This document shows, in pieces, positions 1-12,404 of a stretch of DNA of 64,000 nt. Source of the stretch: Azolla caroliniana (taxonomy: Eukaryota; Plantae; Polypodiophyta); assembly GCA_043228905.1 (NCBI GenBank), contig JBHGNT010000005.1, positions 8,122,001 through 8,186,000 on the forward strand, given 5' to 3'. The position numbers and the translations under genes are program-made. Under the pieces are notes generated by a model. It worked only from the letters and a program-made list of their open reading frames with translations. It made no database searches and was not told the origin of the DNA. Each line of letters starts with the position of its first letter. The first letter of the stretch is position 1.

Positions 1-2901
1 GACGATGAAGGCTACACAGGTAGCATCCGGAACGGCGTAATGAAGTTCAGCAAGGGGAGCCTGATAGTGGCTCGGGCCCGGAAAGACAACACACTGTACC
101 TGATGAATGCCCGGTTGTGTCCGGAAGAGTTGAACGTGGCAGCCGACACTGCCGGTGAGCTGTGGCACAAGAGACTGTGCCACATGAATGAGAAGGGAAT
201 GAAGAGGCTTGCAGAAGACAACCTTATTCCAGTGAAGCATGTGCACCTGGAGAAGTGCACCGATTGCCTGGCCGGTAAGCAGAACCGAACCTCCTTCCAC
301 TCAAGGCCACCGATGAGACGTAGCGCACCATTGGAGTTGGTGCACACTGATGTGTGTCAGGTAGAAACGAAGTCACATGGCGGAGCCCAGTACTTCGTAA
401 CATTCATTGATGATCACAGCCGGAAGCTGTGGACGGCACCGTTGAAGACAAAGGACCAAGTGTTGTGCGTCTTCAAAGAACTCCACGCGAGAGTGGAAAG
501 GGAATCCGGCAAGAAGCTGAAAGCGATACGAGCGGATAACGGAGGGGAATACCGGGGGCAGTTCCAGGAGTACTGTCGCTCGAAGGGAATCTGACTCGAG
601 TTTACTGTGCCGAAGACGCCGGAACTGAACGGGCTGGCCGAGAGGATGAACCGGACCATAATGGAGAGGGTCCGGAGTATGCTGGCGCATGCGAAATTAC
701 CCAAGGGGTTTTGGGCTGAGGCGATGTCGACGGCGACATACGTGATAAACAGATCACCCTCAGTACCTTTGGACGGAGACACGCCGCAGAAAGTGTGGAC
801 CGGTAAGGAAGTGTCCTACCGGCATCTGAAGGTGTTCGGGTGTCTCGCATACGTGCATGTGGCAAAGGACCGGAGAGGAAAGCTAGATCCAAAGACCCGG
901 CCATGCATATTCCTCGGTTACGGCGATGACGAGTTCGGCTACCGAGTATGGGACCCGGTTGACAAGAAGATATTCCGGAGTCGTGATATCATCTTCATGG
1001 AGAACAAGACACTCGCCGACTGGGAGTCGGAGAAGAAGATGAAGAGCTCCAAGTCAACCGGTGAGGATCAACTTTATGAGGAGCAGTCCCGACCGGCAAG
1101 GGACCGGTTAGCACTCGAGGATCCGGCCGAAGACGGTGAAGAAACAGAACCGGCCGAAGAAGATGAAAATGATACCGGAACCGGCCCCGATCCCTAAATG
1201 GATTCGGATGAAGAAGAAGAATCGGAAGAACCGGTTACCGAAGCTCCCGAACGGAGATATCCTCTAAGAGAGAGGAGGGCCCCCCGGAGATTTCCGGATC
1301 CAGAGCACGTGCTGCTAACCGACGAGGGGGAGCCGGAGAGCTTTGAAGAAGCAAAGCACGACACCCAGAGCCGCAGGTGGTTGAGTGCCATGCAGGACGA
1401 GATGGATTCCCTGCATGAGAACCACACATATGAACTTGTGGAGTTGCCGAAAGGAAAGCGGGCACTTCGAAACAAGTGGGTGTTCAAGCTGAAACCGGGA
1501 GATGCCGAAAACCCCCCGAGATACAAAGCCAGGATCGTGGTGAAGGGGTTTCAGCAGAAGAAGGGCGTCGACTTCGACGAGATATTTGCCCCGGTAGTGA
1601 AGATGACCTCCATCCGGACGGTGCTGAGCATAGCGGCAAGCATGGACCTCGAGGTAGAACAGATGGACGTGAAGACGGCATTCCTTCACGGTGACCTCGA
1701 TGAAGAGATCTACATGCAGCAACCGGAAGGATTCGAGAAGAAAGGGAAGGAGCATCTGGTATGCCGGTTGAAGAAGAGCCTTTACGGACTGAAGCAGGCT
1801 CCCCGGCAATGGTACCGGAAGTTCGACTCCTTCATGACCGACGAAGGGTACCTCAAAACGCAGTCTGACCACTGCGTGTTTGTGAAGAAGTTCGAAGGAG
1901 GAGACTTTCTAATACTCCTCCTGTACGTGGACGACATGTTGATCGTCGGACGGGACCAGGTCAAGATACGGATGCTGAAGAAGGCTCTTCACCGAACCTT
2001 CTCAATGAAGGACTTGGGTCCGGCAAGACAAATACTAGGGATGCACATCATCCGGGACCGGAGCAAGAAGCAGTTGTGGCTGTCACAGGAGAAGTACGTG
2101 ACAAAGGTGCTTAAACGGTTCAACATGTCGGAAGCAAGACCGGTCGGATCGACCCTCCCGTCAAACTGCAAGCTGTCCAGCAAGCAAAGTCCCAAGACAA
2201 AGGCTGAAAAGGAGGATATGATGAAAGTACCGTATGCCTCAGCCGTCGGGAGCTTGATGTACGCCATGGTGTGTACGAGACCGGACATCGGATATGCAAT
2301 CGGAGTGGTGAGCCGGTACATGAGCAATCCCGGCAAAGAGCATTGGAACGCGGCCAAGTGGATACTCCGATACCTGAAGGGCACGGCAAACGTGTGCCTC
2401 CGATTCGGCTCCGGTAAGCCCGAACTCGACGGCTTCACCGATTCGGATATGTCGGCTGATGCAGATACCAGCCGGTCCACATCAGGGTATGTGATGACGT
2501 ATGCAGGGGGAGCCGTTTCGTGGCAGTCGAGGCTGCAGAAGACGGTTGCGTTGTCAACCACGGAGGCGGAGTACATGGCGGCTGTTGAAGCCGGCAAGGA
2601 AATAATATGGATGAAGGACTTCATTAGAGAGCTCGGTATCCGGCAGGAGGAGTACCGACTCTACTGCGACAGTCAGAGTGCAATCCACCTTGCGAAGAAC
2701 GCGGCCTATCACTCCCGGACGAAGCACATCCAGCGAAGATATCACTGGATCCGGGAAAGGATAGAAGACAAGGAGTTCGTGCTGACAAAGATCCACACGG
2801 ACGAGAACGGGTCGGATATGCTGACCAAGGTGCTCACACCCGACAAGCTGGAAGCATGCCGGAAGAGGATCGGATTGGAGAGACATCCCATGCCGAAGTG
2901 A
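1..2901 (+). pseudogene. copia A1 pol (IN-RT-RH) with two in-frame stops
   Basis: ORFs 40-594, 607-1197 and 1198-2901 share one frame; TGA at 592-594 and TAA at 1195-1197 correspond to sense codons in the near-identical copy at 57589-61662. Confidence 0.95.
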
Positions 2902-2911
2902 AGGGGGAGTT

Positions 2912-3523
2912 TGTTGGGATTACGGTCCCTTCGGATGGGATAGTCGGATGTCGGACTGAATGCCGACAAGCCCGGTTTCGGTTTCGGAACCAGATGATGA
3001 AGACCCCGGCTTCGGAGCCGGATGACGAATGTACCCGGAGAGAGATCCGGATGCGGGGACATATCCGTGAATATGTTTGCCAAGGGCCCCTGAGGCTATA
3101 GTTGTAAATAGCCCCAAAGTCATATGTGTATAAATATGACTTAGGGCAAACAGTTTTATGGTTGTTTATTATTTTTCTGTTTTTCCACTCAAGAGGAGTG
3201 AAGAGTGAGCAGCCGCGAGAGAGAGAGAGAGAGATAGAGCGTGAGCGAGGAAGAGGACGACGCCTCTGTGTATTTCCGCCGCCTGTGGCGAGGACAGCGA
3301 GCTCAAGGTCGTCGCCTTGCAGCTCGCCATTGTATACTTCTCTTTGTATAGTGTTGGTTTGGAGTCTTGTACTCCCGTGGTTTTTCCCGTATAGGGTTTT
3401 CCACGTTAATCCCTGTGCATTCGTGTGTTTCTCTCTGTGGTTCCTATTTTTCTGCTGCATTGATTCGCGCTTACTCGGTTGTGGCCGAGTGGTGAAGGTG
3501 AATTGAAGCGTCGATTCCCAACA
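2912..3523 (+). repeat. 3' LTR of copia A1 (612 bp)
   Basis: TGTTGGGA...TCCCAACA terminal inverted repeat, preceded by the PPT; TATA near 3129; (GA)n tract; homologous to 61693-62251 (reverse strand). Confidence 0.95.
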
Positions 3524-5533
3524 CGAACCATTGTCCAGCACCTTGGTCTCCATTCGTGCCGCTGTGATGTACGACTCTCCCAGTATGACCGGATGCGAAG
3601 ACGTCTCCTGCACGAAGAAGTGCTGGTCAATCTCGACGTCGCCGATCTTGACTCGCACATTCGGACAGGCCCCGTGCAGTTCCTCGGTGGCGCGCGTTGC
3701 TGCCCTTATTTTCCACCCGTGCTTGGTGTTGATCGGCCATTTGCCCTTCTTATAGAAGTCCATGGACATCAAATTGATCTCTGATCCGTGGTCCACCAAA
3801 GCTATCACCGGTTCCTGGACATCGCCGATCTTCACCGGGGTTTCCGTGGTCGCTCGGGCCCAGTGTGGTCTCGAATAGTGGCTTTCCGCCCACTCGTCTC
3901 CCAGCGCCATGTCGTCTAGGTGCGTCGTCCGCACTTCCACCGGTCTTTCCGGTTCTGTCTCCGTTGACAGCCTCTTCCGTTTCACCAAGTCCACGATGGA
4001 GTCGTGGAACTCCTTCTTGGCGATTCCCAGCACCTCTCGTAACGACAGCTCCACCTTGCTGTCGAGGATCCGTTCCTCTAGGACCTTTCGTAAGTCCGTG
4101 GTCCTTTCTATCTCCGTCCCCAGACGGTACCCGCCCTTCTGGGGTTTATCTTGCGTACCGGCCCCGCCGGCTTCGTCCCGTCGTGGCCCGGACCGGGTCT
4201 CGTATCGTTGTGAGGGCCCGGTCGTCCCGGGTTTCCCCACCCGCTTCTCTTCTACCAGAGCCTCGTAGTTCTGGCAAGCGGCTTCCACGAAGCCCATCTT
4301 TTCCTCGACCGGGTCGCTCCACCCGGTCATCTCCCGTACCCGTTTCTCCGCACGGTCCGATTCCTCCCTTTTAAGCCTTGCACCGGCAAGGCCTTCCAGC
4401 ATCGTCGGCCAGAATCCGGCTTTGTTTTCCCTTAGGGCCTCGCCGCCCCCGACTCGAATGCCGGCCGACGCCGAGTAGTGGACGGTTTCCGCGTGTCGGG
4501 CCGCCGCCTCTTCCATCAACCTTTTCATACCACCTCGCCCGTCGTTTCGGCTCAGGGCCCTTCGGGTGTCGCTGGCATGCACCCGTCCTTCCCACAGGTA
4601 CACCACCCTGTTCCTCAGCGCCTCCGCGAAGTCGCCGCAGTCCTTCCGAATGTGGCCGACTTCATCGCACCACATGCACCTGTTTCCTGCCGCCGGCCGT
4701 CGGTCACGAGCCGGTTTGCCACCTTCCCTTCGGGCTTACGCGATTTGGAGGTCCTTTATCGCCCTCGTCAATTCCTCCAGCGCCGCTCCTCCGGTTGAGC
4801 CTCTGACTACGCCGGTCGAAGCCGAACCGGTTTCCAACCACTCTCGGGTCTCTTCCTTTCGCACCTGTGGCGCTGGTTCGAGCTTCCCTGCTGCGACCGA
4901 GCCCGACCCGGTTGCCCCGTTATCCGCCCATTCTCGCCGTTTGTCGAAACGGCCACAGACTTTCTTGACAGCCGCCCAGTCGGTAGTGAGCCCGTCTTCG
5001 GTTTCCAGTAAGAGGCCCACTTGCTCCCGATCCCGCTCGTCGACTGACTTGACAAACAGCAAGACCCGGCTCGTGTCCAGGATGGTTCGGTCGAGCGCCG
5101 AAAGGCGCGCAAAGTTTTCCTCGAACTCCCGGAGGAGTGCCGACGCGTTTCTTCCCTTCCCCGGGGACTCCACCCATTCCATGAACCTTCGCTTCGAAAG
5201 CCGGAGCGCGTCGTCCAGCCCGTATTTCTCTAGGAGCCGACCTTCGAACTCCTCCCAGGTACGGCTCTCCGCCCGCACCTCGAGCACCTCCGCATGGATG
5301 CTCGGCATCGCCACTCGGGGAAATCCGGCAAGACGCCTTTCTTCCGGAATGTCCCGCATCAGCATCTCTGCACCGTAGGACGCCAAATACTTCGTGGCAT
5401 CCTTCCCATCGAACCGGCCGATCGTGCCGACGACCGCCTCAATAGCTCTGTCGAGGGCACCAGTGCCCTCGCGCGCGTTTACAATCCGATCCACGGCCGA
5501 AGCCATGGCCTCTGCAAGATCCGACCCCCTCAT
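3524..5533 (-). pseudogene. gypsy B gag-protease ORF with one premature stop
   Basis: ORFs 4736-5560 and 2834-4675 are in one frame, separated by TAA at 4736-4738; CCHC and DHG protease motifs. Confidence 0.88.
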
Positions 5534-5555
5534 CTTCTGCTCTTCTGCCGCCTCT

Positions 5556-5573
5556 TTCACGTCGGGTTCACCA
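5556..5573 (-). promoter_or_regulatory. Primer-binding site complementary to the tRNA-Trp 3' end
   Basis: + strand TTCACGTCGGGTTCACCA matches the recalled 3' 18 nt of plant cytosolic tRNA-Trp(CCA); lies 4 nt from the LTR end. Confidence 0.85.
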
Positions 5574-5577
5574 AAGA

Positions 5578-6362
5578 TGTCGAGATATTACGCAAGTGCG
5601 TGTGGAAACGAGGCGGGACCGCGGGGGTCTCGAACCAAAGAGCAAGCGAGGGAGGAGAAAGAGAGAGAACCGGCTACGCAGGACCGGGGATACACAGGGA
5701 CACGGCCCTTCAGCACGGATAACGCGAACAGACACCGACACAGACAGATGCGAATGACTAAATATGTATATTAACAAAAATGGCTAACACGACTACAACC
5801 CTCGATGGGGGCACAGGTTGGTTACGACCGAACAGGCCGGCGAACAGATGCCGATGCTTGTTCGCTTCGACGCACAAAGGGGTAGCAGGTCGGAGGTGCT
5901 GCCGGAAGCACTCGGGCGTTCCTCGAAACAGCGCGAGCCTCCTCGGGACCCTGCACAGAAAGCTATGGAGCTCAAGAAGGAAGGAAACAGAGAGAGAAGC
6001 GTCCAGAAACGGTCCGACAGCACTTCGTCCTCTCTGCGCGAGATCCCTGCAACAGCTCTTTCCTGCTCCTTATATAGGCCGACGAGCAGGCCGTCATGTC
6101 AGCTTTATTCCCTGTCCCTTTTTGACAGGGATCCGCTCCGTTCTTCACGCATCCGCGTAGTTACGCCGCCGACTCGTACAGTTCGCGCGCGCGACCGAAA
6201 AGACTGTTCGCGCGGTCTTTGTCTCCACTCGTGTTAGGGCCCGTTCCTGCCGATTATCCTCCTAATTCGCTTCTATGTACAACTTGGAGCGTGCGCGCGT
6301 GAAGAACCGGTTCCCACGCCTTGGTGCGCCGATTCCGCTTATGGACGGTTTTCTTCACGACA
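5578..6362 (-). repeat. 5' LTR of gypsy B (785 bp)
   Basis: Minus strand TGTCGTGAAG...ATCTCGACA; adjacent PBS; gag of gypsy C resumes at 6363. Confidence 0.88.
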
Positions 6363-8010
6363 ACGTCAAATCGCAAGCTTCAAGAGGCTTGTGGCGGACT
6401 GGGTTGCGGGAAAGCGAGCATGCAATAGGCTCGACAAGCTTCGTTAGTGGGTTGATAACACCGACTTGGCGGAATCGACTGTTGCGGAGAAAACAAAACA
6501 ACCGAAAGTGGCTAAGCCGCCCAAACAAAGCAGTCCAGAAGAAAAGAAGATTGACGACGACATCATTGAAGAGCTAGCGAAGAAGTTCGAGAAGGTCACG
6601 CTAGCCAACATGAATCGTCAGGGGCCCAAAGGAAAAGAACCCTTTAGATGCATGTGGTGCGATAGCATGGACCACATGAGAAGGAATTGCGTGAGTCTTC
6701 GAGAGGCGATCCGACAAAATTTCGTGTACATAGATGACAACACGATATGCTCGAGTGAGACTAGAAGACCCCTATGGGTGAATTTCGGAAGAGGAGGAAT
6801 GAAGAAAGCTATGGAGGATGTCGATGCGACTCATGTGGATGCGATGCACTATGCTGCGTAGGCCGGAATAAGAGTCGGGAAAGACAGAAATGAAGTTGCG
6901 AAAGTGGGAGCCAAATTTTGGTCTTCCGTTCTCGAGTATGAGAAGATGGGGAAGGTCACATCGAACGAGGTAGAGCTTGAGGACCGAAGTGTGCAAAGCA
7001 TAACTGGGTGGTCGGATCCGGTGGATGACAACACCATTCGCGGAGGTGATGTGCGACAACCATGAGGTGTTCGTCGAAGGAAAGAGAAAAAGAATAGAAG
7101 AGCAAGGACCATCAAAAAGACATGAAACAAGGAACGTGAAAAAGAAGGACGATGCGGAGACGAGTCGACCTTTACAAACGGAGGAACAAGAATCAAGCTG
7201 AAAAGGGGAACCGAGCATACGAGTTGAAGAAACGGTTTGGCCCATGAAGGTTGGTGTTGAAGACCCCGCTTGGAGGACAAGGACTATACCTACCTATAAA
7301 CTAAGGTCGGACATAGAGTATACGACGAACCTAAAGAAGATTCTCGAAGAACGAGTTCTTGATAGCTACGTAACTTTGTCCTTGAGGGAATTTCTTGGCA
7401 TTACGAAGAAGGAATTCCATGACACGATCGTGGACCTTGTAAAGAGAAAAAGACAACAATCGAACGAGGAAGAAGAGAAGCCGCAAAAAGAAAAAACGAA
7501 TGCTATAACGATGGCAAGAGACGAAGTCGATGAAGATATGGTGGACAACCACTATACTTGACCTCATTGGGCACGAGCGACAACGGAGACGCCGATGAAG
7601 ATTGGGGAGAAGAAAGAGACCGTGGTAGCTTTGATCGACCACGGCTTGGAGATCAACCTCATGTCAACCGACTTCTACAAAAAAGGAAAATGGCCAATCA
7701 ATAAAAACCACGGATGGAAGATTCGTGTGGCAACAAAGTCTACGGAGGACTTGTACGGAGCTTGTCCCAATGTCAAAGTCACGATCGAGGATGTGGAGAT
7801 GGATCAACACTTCTTCGTACAAGAATCGGCGTCGCATCCTGTCATCCTAGGGTAACCGTATATCACATCATCTCAGATGGAGACCAAAGTGTTCGATAAT
7901 GGATCAGCCTTCGCACGAATAAAGAGTCTTGACAACCAAAGATCGGTCCAATTCCTAACGGTGCGAGCCAATCATGAAAGGAATCAAGATAGTCTCGGAG
8001 GCGAATCCTC

Positions 8011-8073
8011 GGATTTTTAGAGTGGACTATTGAAGCATGGGGCACAAATAGTCTGAGCAATCACAAGACCCCA
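8011..8073 (+). promoter_or_regulatory. Putative -1 programmed ribosomal frameshift signal (G_GAU_UUU plus H-type pseudoknot)
   Basis: Gag-PR frame ends TCG GAT TTT TAG; the -1 frame reads from GGA TTT TTA into the RT ORF without a stop; stem GACTATT/AATAGTC (8025-8031/8047-8053); loop TGGGG (8038-8042) can pair with CCCCA (8069-8073). Confidence 0.78.
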
Positions 8074-11000
8074 CAAGTAAGAAGAGTGCGTGGATTGCGA
8101 GGAGAAGCAACATGTGTCACACCTAGTGGTGCATGTAAACTAGTACTACTCGACAAGAAGGACAAGTGTCGGATACAAGAATTCGAGAACATGCTGAAAG
8201 AAGAAAACATAATAGAAGAAGGAGAGTTTGTGACTCATATTATGGAAGAAGCCTCATTTAGCGACACCATCGGTGAAATCGAGGCCGTGATTTCGGTTAA
8301 CTCTGTCAACATGTACGCTATCATCGATGAATACCGTCGTGGCATCTCGATGAAGGAAGCTGACATCAATACGAAATATGAAACGGTGGATAAGAAGATC
8401 AAGCCAGTTGTGGTTCCTCTATTGGAAGATAGCTGGCAAAAGATGAAGGAAGTCGCTAACGATCCAAGCTTAAGAGACCCGAAGAAGATAGGTCATGTCT
8501 TCACCAAAGAGACGAAGGGGAAGCTACGAGTTGGAAAGGAGGATTTCCTTCTCCTTGAAGAGGAGCGAATGTTTTGCGATATGCTTGAGAGACATGGGAA
8601 GGCTATCGCATTCTTCCCACGAGAAATCGGATGCGCCGACCCAAAGGTTATAGAGCCGATGGTGATCTTCATGGTGCCTCATGTGTCTTGGAATTTGAAA
8701 CCGATACCGGTTCCGAGAGCACACCTTCCAAAGCTGATCGAGCTCTTAAAGGAGAAGGTGAGTATGGGAATTCTAGAACCGTCGAATGCTCCTTATTCCA
8801 ATAGGTGGTTCACGGTTCCGAAGAAGAATGGATCATTGCGATTCATCCAAGATCTTCAACCCGTCAACAAGGTGACAATTCGAAATGTTGGAATTGGTCT
8901 AAGCGTGGACGAATTTGCCGAAGCATTTGCGGGCCAGTCCATCTACTCCATTGGCGATCTCTACTCCGGATATGACCAATTCCAATTGGCGATCGACAGT
9001 CGGGACATTACAACCATGAGGACTCCGATCGGGCTTATGCGGATGTGTACCTTACCCCAAGGCGCAACGAACTCGGTGGCTCATATGGTGAATGCCATGA
9101 ATAAAGTCTTGAAGGATTGCATCTCGGACATCACGATACCATTCTTGGATGATATTCCGATAAAAGGATGTTCGGATGAGGAGAAAGATGAATCGAAAGA
9201 TAAGGAAGGTTGTAGAAAGTTCGTTGTTGATCATATGAAAGATTGCGAGAAGGTGCTTCAAAGGCTCGAAGATGCGAATTTGACATTTTTGGGAGAAAAA
9301 TCCGCATTCGGGCAACCAGAGATCTTAGTGTTAGGTCACTTGTGTGGGGCATACGGCTGGAAGCCTTCGCCCTACAAAGTGAACGCGATCCAAGACATGA
9401 AAGAAAAATGAGAAAACCAAACGGAGGTTAGAAGGTTCCTTGGAGCATGCACATTTTATCACATCTGGATTCCGTACTACGCTCATGTCGCCGAACTGTT
9501 ATATGGACTACTAAAGAAAAGAATGAAGTTCGAATGGCGAGACGAGCACACAAATGTGATGCGAAGATTGAAGAAACTGCTTCTTGAAGCTCCGGCACTA
9601 AAGAAGGCCGACTATGCTGAAGGGAAGCCGATTTACGTGACCGTAGATATGAACCCAACCGGAATCGGGTGGGTCATCAATCAAGAAAGAGAAGATAATG
9701 CGCGATATGCCGTCCGGTTCGGAGCAAAGATTCTCAACGAACGGTAACAAAGATATGCCCAAGTCAAGCGAAAACTTTCGGGTATTGTGTCGGCAGTGAA
9801 GACGAACAAAGATTACTTGATCGAGTCGGAAGTGATAATAGAGACAGATTGTCTCCCAATTCTCGGAATGGTCTTGGGATGTGCGACCCCAGATCTTGCT
9901 ATACTAAGGTGGATCGCCTACATCAAGTCTTTAAACCCAGAGATCCGTCACATTGCAGGGAAGAAGAACGCCATGGCTGACATGCTGTCGAGGGCAAGAT
10001 TTGAAAATGGAAGCGACATGGTTTCGGAAGATGAAGATGTCGCCCTCGACTTCTTCAAGATGGCTCAATTATCGGCGGAAGACCAGGACACGCAAACTCT
10101 CCACGCCTTCAACGAGAACGAGTACGAAGGAGAGTGGTTACTGATCGGTAGATTCCTAAGAACATTGAAGACAGATGCTTCGTTGACAAAGGAGGAGGCC
10201 CTACGAATCCGGAAGAAAGCTTACCGATACTTCTTGAAGGGAGGATTCCTTTGGCGACATCCAAAAGAAGGACATGAATACCACGTCGAGTGGTGGTGAA
10301 GAAAGAAGAGCAAGAGACGCTAATGACCAAATTCCACGAGAGTGCTTGGGCAGGTCATAGAGGAACATGGGCAACGTTTGAAAAGTTGAAGGAGAAGTAC
10401 TGGTGGCCAAGCATGTACAAAGATGTACTCCATTTCGTGTCCACATGCGAAACTTGCCAAATATATTCAAATATATGTCATTGCGATGAGTTACAACTGA
10501 CATACCCACTCACCATACACTTCAAATGGATGGTGGATCTGGTCTCGATGCCAATGGGAGTAGGACAAATGAAGTACTTAGCGCTGGCAAGGGAAGAATT
10601 GACAAATCAAGTGGAAGGATGAGCCTTGACAAATAAGACGACTTCAGTCATTTGCAAATTTCTACTTGAAGAGGTTGTTTGCCAATACGGATGTGTGGGG
10701 AAGATAGTGGCCGACCGAGGGGAGTTGGATGCACACGTAGCGACGGAGCTCTTCAAACGACTAGGCGTGAAGCTCTCCCTCACAACTGCCTACAATCTGG
10801 AAGCGAATGGGAAGATCGAGTGAGGGCATGGACCTATCATTAAAGCCATCGTACGGGCATGCAACGGTCAAGTCGGGAATTGGCCACGACTATTACCCTA
10901 TGCCTTGTGGGCCGATAGAACGACACACAGCTCGGTGACAGGGTATATGCCGACGGAGCTTATGTATGGACAAAAGCCGGTTATGCCCATCGAAAGGACG

Positions 11001-11471
11001 ATCGCCTCATGGGTAGCGATACCGTGGGAGAACGAGATGAACTGAGAAGAGTTATTAGCGGCGCAGATAAGGCAACTTGAAAGAAGACTTGAAGATCTAG
11101 AAAAAGCGCAAAAGATGATGGAGGCAGCTCGAGTAAAGAACAAAGTTCGGTTCGACAACACGCATCGACTTCGTCCCAAGAAGATTGAAGAAGGAGATTG
11201 GGTTTTGGTTTACGACAGCAGCCTTGACAATCAACACAGTACAACAAGAAAGTTCGCAAGAAGATGGTTCGGGCCGTATGTGGTGACAAGTGCCAACAAT
11301 AATGCCACATACCACCTTGCGGAGCTAGACGGATCAAGGTTGGTCGTACCCATTGCGGGAAAAAGAGTAAAGATTTTCAAGAAAAGACAAGACGAGAATC
11401 CTGACCTCGATCACCTCGACGATGAACATAATAGGGAGGATGTAAATGAAGACATGGAGGAATCTGATTGA
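8011..11471 (+). pseudogene. gypsy C pol (RT-RH-IN), several stops and frameshifts
   Basis: ORFs 8086-9411, 9523-9747, 9787-10299, 10290-10622, 10626-10823 and 11115-11471. Confidence 0.93.
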
Positions 11472-12030
11472 TCACTGTAGCCGAAATCTCACTTTCTCTC
11501 TTCTTGGCACGTATCGGAGGACGTGCGGTTTGGTGGGGGTGGATGTTGTGGAGATTTTCGGCAATGGTGTGAAAATCACCTAAAACGTACAAAATCGAGT
11601 ATAAATCACATAAAACAATAATAGTGAAGTATCTAAGTTCAAAATGATGGAGGTCTTCAAGAGCTTTCGAATGCACTTTATTACACGAGAAACAGACAAC
11701 TAGATGTCAAGACATGAGAGTATAAAGTTTGTCAAAGGAAAAGAGAAAACTGTGAGATATCCCACATAGGCACGACAAATACGACTCTCATCATATATAA
11801 GGTAGAGCAAAAGCTATTATCTTTGTGTTTATGTGTTGAGCATAGAGAGTTCAAGGTAACTTGAACTAAGAGTGGAGGTGGCCTAGCCACTCATTAAGGT
11901 TTTGGCCAACCAAAACGGAACTAGACGGTAACCGGCGATCGGTGATCCGGCGAAATCGGCATCCAACGGGCCGGCAACGGCGGCGGCGGCATCCAACGAC
12001 CAAATTAATAAATAAATATATATTACATAC

Positions 12031-12102
12031 GGAGGGCAAGTGAGGATTCGAACCTTGCACCTCCTAGTTAAGAGTTAGTAGGCTTACAACTAAACCATGA
12101 CA
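12031..12102 (-). other. tRNA-Lys(CTT)-like degenerate sequence (Pol III A/B boxes), copy 1
   Basis: Minus strand TGGTTTAGTTG (A-box-like), CTAA-CTCTTAA-CTAG anticodon arm, GGTTCGAATCC (B box); acceptor stem not intact. Confidence 0.7.
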
Positions 12103-12332
12103 TTTAATTGAGTTTATATTTCTATCATTGTACTTTTACATGGAAATTCTCATACATGAGAGTTAAAATAAGTGACATGGTTATCATGCACCACATGTAG
12201 GTTTTGGCCAACCAAAACGGAACTGGACGATAACCGGCGATCGGTGATCCGGTGGAATCGGCATCCGACGAGCCGGCGATGGCGGCGGCAACATCCAACG
12301 ACCAAATTAATAAATAAATATATATTACATAA

Positions 12333-12404
12333 GGAGGGCAGGTGAGGATTCGAACCTTGCACCTCCTAGTTAAGAGTTAGTAAGCTTACAACTAAACCAT
12401 GACA
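12333..12404 (-). other. tRNA-Lys(CTT)-like degenerate sequence, copy 2
   Basis: Same motif in the second tandem unit. Confidence 0.7.

Larger units (their letters stand above)
1..3523 (+). mobile_element. Ty1/copia LTR retrotransposon, family A copy 1 (5' part outside window), inserted into gypsy B
   Basis: Domain order GAG-pre-IN (LWHKRLCH), IN (VHTDVC, FIDD, RADNGGEY, NGLAERMNRT), RT (QMDVKTAFLHG, YVDD), RNase H (TKHI); PPT GAAGGGGGAG at 2900-2909; LTR follows. Confidence 0.97.
3524..6362 (-). mobile_element. Ty3/gypsy LTR retrotransposon family B (non-chromovirus, tRNA-Trp primed), 5' part only
   Basis: LTR 5578-6362, PBS, then gag (capsid-like, CMWCDEVGHIRKDC knuckle) and protease (ALVDHGSEINL); interrupted at METKVLDNGS by copia A1. 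Confidence 0.92.

Noticed and set aside
2834-4675. 613-aa novel fusion protein
   Set aside because: Gypsy B gag-PR reading by chance through the antisense copia LTR after 3524
5556-5573. tRNA-Trp gene (also 15156-15173)
   Set aside because: Only the 3' 18 nt including CCA is present, adjacent to an LTR, so it is a PBS
12031-12404. Functional tRNA-Lys genes
   Set aside because: Acceptor and T stems do not pair properly; reported as tRNA-like only
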